In this document: positions 60,010-64,000 of the stretch, one piece after another | Numbering within the stretch: position 1 is the stretch's first letter | Layout: each line of letters opens with the position of its first letter | Source: Candidatus Thiopontia autotrophica | GTDB taxonomy: Bacteria; Pseudomonadota; Gammaproteobacteria; GCF-002020875 | Direction of reading: 5' to 3' | NCBI GenBank assembly: GCA_014384675.1 | Contig: JACNFK010000027.1 | Span: 966 to 64,965, forward strand | DNA: 64,000 nt | Translations under genes and position numbers: made by a program | The notes under the pieces: generated by a model | The model's input: the letters and a program-made list of their open reading frames with translations, nothing else | Databases searched by the model: none | Told to the model about the DNA's origin: nothing

Positions 60010-60916
60010 TTCAAACGAACTTTCAGCCGCTGTTCATGAGCTCAAGAGAGAGATTCGCAAGGGGCGCTGGTTCAAGAACCTGCTTTATGCATTTGTAATC
60101 GGCTACCTGATTCTGTTGATACTGATCTCTGCAGGGGTTATTGATGAGATTGACCCAGGTGAACGTATTGCCACCATCAAGCTGCATGGGGAGATCGGTA
60201 GCGACACAATTAACAGTGCGGATAACCTTGCACCAGCCATACGCAAGGCAGCTGAGGACAAGCGAGTCAAACATATTGTGCTTCAGCTTAACTCTCCTGG
60301 TGGCACTCCTGCACAGGCAGAACGGCTTTGGCAAACTATTCGCACCGTAAAAAAAGAGAACCCGGAGAAAAAGATTTACGCCACAATTGACGAGCTCTGT
60401 GCATCAGCCTGTTACTACATCGCCAGCGCTACTGACGAGATTCATGCAACAGAGGTCTCTCTGGTTGGTTCTATCGGTGTACGCATGGGGGGCTTCGGTT
60501 TTGTGGAGGCGATGAAGGAGCATGGCATCGAGCAGCGTGAGCTTACGGCAGGAGAGTATAAGGCGCTTCTCGACCCATTCTCTCCAAGAAATGAGGAGGC
60601 TGAGACTTTTCTCAAAGAGCACGTGCTGACAACCACCCACGATATTTTTATCGATCGGGTAAAAGAGGGGAGAGGAGAAAACCTCTCCACCACAACAGAG
60701 CTGTTTAATGGGTTGATATGGGTTGGACAGGAGGCTAAAGGGTTGGGGTTAATTGATGGACACATGTCCACCCATGAGATTGCCGAGACTCTTGATATTG
60801 ATAATGTGGTCGACTACACCCCCAAGGTTGATCTGTTTGAGCAGTATGCAAACCAGTTTGCCGCAAGTCTCGCCACTGTGTTGAAGGGACAAGCCGCTCC
60901 ACAGCTAGAGATGTAG
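59999..60916 (+). CDS. sppA: Signal peptide peptidase SppA, 36K type (S49 family)
   Basis: LQLNSPGGT, ASACYYIASA and GSIGV motifs, with an N-terminal TM segment. Confidence 0.88.
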   Translation: MTINSNELSAAVHELKREIRKGRWFKNLLYAFVIGYLILLILISAGVIDEIDPGERIATIKLHGEIGSDTINSADNLAPAIRKAAEDKRVKHIVLQLNSPGGTPAQAERLWQTIRTVKKENPEKKIYATIDELCASACYYIASATDEIHATEVSLVGSIGVRMGGFGFVEAMKEHGIEQRELTAGEYKALLDPFSPRNEEAETFLKEHVLTTTHDIFIDRVKEGRGENLSTTTELFNGLIWVGQEAKGLGLIDGHMSTHEIAETLDIDNVVDYTPKVDLFEQYANQFAASLATVLKGQAAPQLEM

Positions 60917-60918
60917 GT

Positions 60919-61542
60919 TTATGTAGTACTCCCCCACCGCTGCACAAAATCCCGCTCCAACCCAAGCTGATCAAGAATTCTTGCCACCACAAAGTCGACA
61001 AGATCATCAATACTCTTGGGCTGATGGTAAAACCCCGGGTTGGGAGGCAGAATCGTCACCCCGATCCGTGAGAGCTTAAGCATGTTCTCCAGATGGATGG
61101 CAGAGTATGGAGTCTCTCTTGGAACCAGTATCAGTTTCTTGTTCTCCTTTATCATCACATCCGCGGCCCGCTCTAACAGCTGATCACTACTTCCATAAGC
61201 TATGGCTGAGAGTGTTCCCATTGAACATGGGCATACCACCATGGCATAAGGAGCACTGCTGCCGCTGGCAACCGGAGAGGTCCACTCGCCTTTTTCAAAC
61301 AGTGACAACTGCCCCTCCCTGGCACCGAACTTTTCGACAAATAATTTTTGCACATCATGGGAGGCCTCTGGCAATGAAAGGTCGACCTCCATCTCCATAA
61401 CAATACGCGCTGCATCAGACAGCATCATCCAGACCCGAACATCTGCCGCAATCAACTGCTCCAGAAGGCGCAACGCATAAGCTGCACCTGACGCCCCGGT
61501 AACGGCCAATGTAACTGTACTGTCTCTATTCCACTCTGTCAC
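60919..61542 (-). CDS. ubiX: Flavin prenyltransferase UbiX
   Basis: VTGASGAAYALRLLEQL and VVCPCSMGTLSAIA motifs; 207 aa. Confidence 0.93.
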   Translation of the reverse strand: MTEWNRDSTVTLAVTGASGAAYALRLLEQLIAADVRVWMMLSDAARIVMEMEVDLSLPEASHDVQKLFVEKFGAREGQLSLFEKGEWTSPVASGSSAPYAMVVCPCSMGTLSAIAYGSSDQLLERAADVMIKENKKLILVPRETPYSAIHLENMLKLSRIGVTILPPNPGFYHQPKSIDDLVDFVVARILDQLGLERDFVQRWGSTT

Positions 61543-62885
61543 TTCTCGAGTCGCTCCAGTAATTTCTCATGTATGCCGCCAAACCCGCCATTGCTCATAA
61601 CCAGGATATGGTCTCCCGGAAGAGCCCAATCTGCTACTGACTCTACAATCTGCTCAACAGTTTCAGCTATGGTAACCTGCACTATAGACTCATCCATTGA
61701 TTTGGCAAGATCCCACTCCAGTGATCCATCATCAACCAGAAAAACCCTGTCTGCACTCTCGAATGAGCCCGCCAGTGATTGTTGATGTACCCCCATACGC
61801 ATAGTGTTTGAGCGTGGCTCCATAATTGCGAGGATTCGATCCTCCCTCACCTTGCCACGCAGTCCATCAAGTGTCAGTCTGATAGCTGTTGGGTGGTGGG
61901 CAAAATCATCGTAGACAGTCACTCCATTCACTGTGCCTTTGACCTCCATGCGACGACGAACATTCCTGAACTCTGCCAGGGCATCAATTGCATGGCGGAC
62001 CGGTACCCCAGCATGACGTGCTGCGGCTATTGCAGCCAGGGCATTTGATCGGTTATGCCAACCAGTCAGATCCCAGCTCACCTCACCAACAGGTTCTCCC
62101 TGCAGTGATACCAGAAAGCGACTCCATGCAGCGTCATCCCTTATGGCATCCCAATCCCCGTCAATTGTCTCTGTCGATGTCCAGCACCCCATATCAATCA
62201 ATTCATCAACTGCTGTCTCGCCGGCAGGATGGATGATCAGTCCGTTTCCGGGCACAGTGCGTATCTGATGGTGAAACTGTTTCTGGATTGCCGCCAGGTC
62301 ATCAAATATATCAGCATGGTCAAATTCAAGATTATTGATAATCAGGGTTCTTGGACGATAGTGGACAAACTTGGAGCGTTTATCAAAAAAAGCGGTATCG
62401 TACTCATCGGCCTCCACCACAAAAAATGGGGCATTCCCCAACCGGGCGGATACCCCAAAATTCTCTGGCACTCCACCAATCAGAAAGCCCGGGGGCAATC
62501 CTGCATACTCCAGAATCCATGCGAGCATGCTTGAAGTAGAGGTTTTACCGTGTGTACCAGATACGGCCAGTACCCAGCGCCCCTGCAGTACATGCTCTGA
62601 TAACCACTGTGGGCCTGATGTGTATGGAATCCCCTGCTCCAGCACATATTCAACGGCTCTGTTTCCACGGCTCATTGCATTGCCAATCACCACCATATCA
62701 GGCGCTGGATCCAGATGATCTGCCTCATACCCCTCCTGCAGAGTAATCCCCGCCTCCTCCAACTGGGTGCTCATGGGAGGGTAAACATTGGCATCAGAAC
62801 CAGAAACAGTATGGCCTGACGCACGCGCCAGCAAGGCAATGCCGCCCATGAAAGTGCCACAGATTCCAAGAATATGGATATGCAT
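61539..62885 (-). CDS. mpl: UDP-N-acetylmuramate:L-alanyl-gamma-D-glutamyl-meso-DAP ligase
   Basis: HILGICGTFMGGIA and GTHGKTSTSSM motifs; 448 aa; 4-nt overlap with ubiX. Confidence 0.92.
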   Translation of the reverse strand: MHIHILGICGTFMGGIALLARASGHTVSGSDANVYPPMSTQLEEAGITLQEGYEADHLDPAPDMVVIGNAMSRGNRAVEYVLEQGIPYTSGPQWLSEHVLQGRWVLAVSGTHGKTSTSSMLAWILEYAGLPPGFLIGGVPENFGVSARLGNAPFFVVEADEYDTAFFDKRSKFVHYRPRTLIINNLEFDHADIFDDLAAIQKQFHHQIRTVPGNGLIIHPAGETAVDELIDMGCWTSTETIDGDWDAIRDDAAWSRFLVSLQGEPVGEVSWDLTGWHNRSNALAAIAAARHAGVPVRHAIDALAEFRNVRRRMEVKGTVNGVTVYDDFAHHPTAIRLTLDGLRGKVREDRILAIMEPRSNTMRMGVHQQSLAGSFESADRVFLVDDGSLEWDLAKSMDESIVQVTIAETVEQIVESVADWALPGDHILVMSNGGFGGIHEKLLERLEK

Positions 62886-62964
62886 CCCCTTATGTTACCT
62901 TATGCGCCATGAACATACTTTATGGAATCCCCAGCTGTGCACCCAGAGATCTGGAGATATTTTT

Positions 62965-63786
62965 ATGATTCGCTCCATTTGGTTAGCTTGCTTGCTGATC
63001 CCTACAGTGGCTAGTGCTGTACAGATTCAGGTTTTTACCACTGTCCTGCCGCTCAAGTCATTGGCCGAGAAAATTGGTGGAGAGCATGTAAATGTCACCT
63101 CAATGGTAGGCTCAGGAGATGATCCACATACTTTTAGTCCCACTTCTCAACAAATTGCCAGACTGGCACAAGCTGATCTATATATAACTGCAGGAATTGA
63201 ATTTGAGAAAGCCTGGATGGAGAGGATAAAATCCACCAACTCTGAGATGGAGATTATTGGTGACAGTAATGGCCATGAACATGAACATGAACACGAACAC
63301 GAACTAGACCCACACCCCTGGACCAGCCCGCTATTAGCCATGAATATGGCTGATACAATTAGCGATGCATTAATCAGGATAGACCCAAACAACCATAAAT
63401 TTTACGACAAAAACAGGTACTCTCTACAAGCTGAACTCAGCTTGCTGGACCAGGAGATTCAGAAACAGCTAAAAAATCTGAAGCAGAGAAAATTTATGGT
63501 TTTCCACCCTGCCTGGGGCCATTTTGCAGAACGGTACGGGCTAACTCAGATCTCAATAGAGCATGAGGGAAAAGAGCCTGGTGCTCGTGCACTCGTAGAA
63601 TTGATCAGAGAGGCCAGAAAGGAGAAGATCAGGGTAATTTTTGTTCAGCCACAACTTAGCAAGCGTGCTGCTGAACAGATTGCAGATGCAATTGGCGGCC
63701 GTGTTGTACCTATTGACCCTCTCTCAGCAGATTACATCAATAATATGAGAAAAATATCCCAACAGCTCTCTGAGACACTGCAGTAA
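62965..63786 (+). CDS. znuA: Zinc ABC transporter substrate-binding protein ZnuA
   Basis: Signal peptide MIRSIWLACLLIPTVASA, DPHTF, His-rich loop GHEHEHEHEHELDPHPW. GGAG precedes ATG at 62965. The ORF-track start at 62788 lies inside mpl. Confidence 0.88.
   Translation: MIRSIWLACLLIPTVASAVQIQVFTTVLPLKSLAEKIGGEHVNVTSMVGSGDDPHTFSPTSQQIARLAQADLYITAGIEFEKAWMERIKSTNSEMEIIGDSNGHEHEHEHEHELDPHPWTSPLLAMNMADTISDALIRIDPNNHKFYDKNRYSLQAELSLLDQEIQKQLKNLKQRKFMVFHPAWGHFAERYGLTQISIEHEGKEPGARALVELIREARKEKIRVIFVQPQLSKRAAEQIADAIGGRVVPIDPLSADYINNMRKISQQLSETLQ
63274..63303 (+). repeat. (CAYGAA)5 tandem hexanucleotide repeat encoding HEHEHEHEHE
   Basis: CATGAACATGAACATGAACACGAACACGAA is directly visible inside znuA. 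Confidence 0.9.
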
Positions 63787-64000
63787 TGAAGTCACAAGAT
63801 CCACTTATCCAGATTAAAGATGTATCTTTCTCCTACGGTACAACTACCGTACTGGAGAAAATTAATCTTGAGGTAAATGATGGCGAGTTTCTGGGCATTG
63901 TCGGCCCCAACGCAGGAGGGAAAAGCACTCTGCTTAAACTGGCTCTCGGCCTACTCACTCCACACTCCGGAACAATCAGGATTTTGGGAAAGAGACCTCA
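63786..64000 (+). CDS. znuC: Zinc ABC transporter ATP-binding protein, 3' end cut by window edge
   Basis: Manual translation gives MKSQDPLIQIKDVSFSYGTTTVLEKINLEVNDGEFLGIVGPNAGGKSTLLK (Walker A). TAATG overlap with the znuA stop. Confidence 0.85.
   Translation, partial: MKSQDPLIQIKDVSFSYGTTTVLEKINLEVNDGEFLGIVGPNAGGKSTLLKLALGLLTPHSGTIRILGKRP

Noticed and set aside
62788-62964. Over-long N-terminal extensions in the ORF track: znuA from 62788, ubiD from 17566, hemD from 11615, ruvX from 50090, hemX from 12477, histidine phosphatase from 27741, trx-like from 40566, dbpA from 2804 and tkt from 39701.
   Set aside because: The extensions overlap neighbouring genes and lack family-typical sequence. 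Internal ATG/GTG codons give canonical N-termini, often with a Shine-Dalgarno sequence or ATGA/TAATG coupling. Coordinates were trimmed accordingly.
62886-62964. Possible Zur box upstream of znuA (TATGTT ... AACATA inverted repeat).
   Set aside because: It consists of only 6-bp arms separated by 15 nt. It does not resemble the compact AT-rich palindrome remembered for gammaproteobacterial Zur sites, so it is too weak to call.

Overview
Housekeeping-dense chromosomal segment of a gammaproteobacterium; the species cannot be determined from this window. Synteny blocks support the assignment: trpGDC, ccmGHI, hemCDXY, ubiD plus a fre-like reductase, cmoAB, rpe-gph-trpE, ampDE, tkt-gap-pgk-pyk-fba, metK-ahcY-metF, gshAB, algH-ruvX-pyrR-pyrB-pyrC', thiDE-hemL and znuAC. 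I support about 70 CDS, including a trpC fragment at the left edge that is missing from the ORF track. Many ORF-track starts are over-extended and are corrected here. No rRNA, tRNA, CRISPR array or transposase gene was seen. The main non-obvious signals are listed below.
- A dispersed non-autonomous transposable element (MITE-like). It has three full copies with 11-bp terminal inverted repeats and 4-bp flanking direct repeats that covary between loci, plus three short remnants. Some copies fill divergent promoter regions and some supply gene ends.
- A four-gene module of two paralogous DUF1538 membrane proteins, a PII-like protein and a CBS-pair protein. It runs straight into ampD-ampE.
- Methyl-cycle RNA elements: an SAH riboswitch before ahcY, a terminator-containing leader before metK, and a 17-bp-stem hairpin before metF.
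- An apbE lipoprotein gene whose only possible start codon is ATA, embedded in the gshB stop.
- A PyrC' pseudoenzyme followed by an overlapping PyrK-like gene.
- A structured, terminator-capped transcript tail with a CCUCCUCC motif.
All functional calls come from reading the translations and from motif memory. No database search was run.
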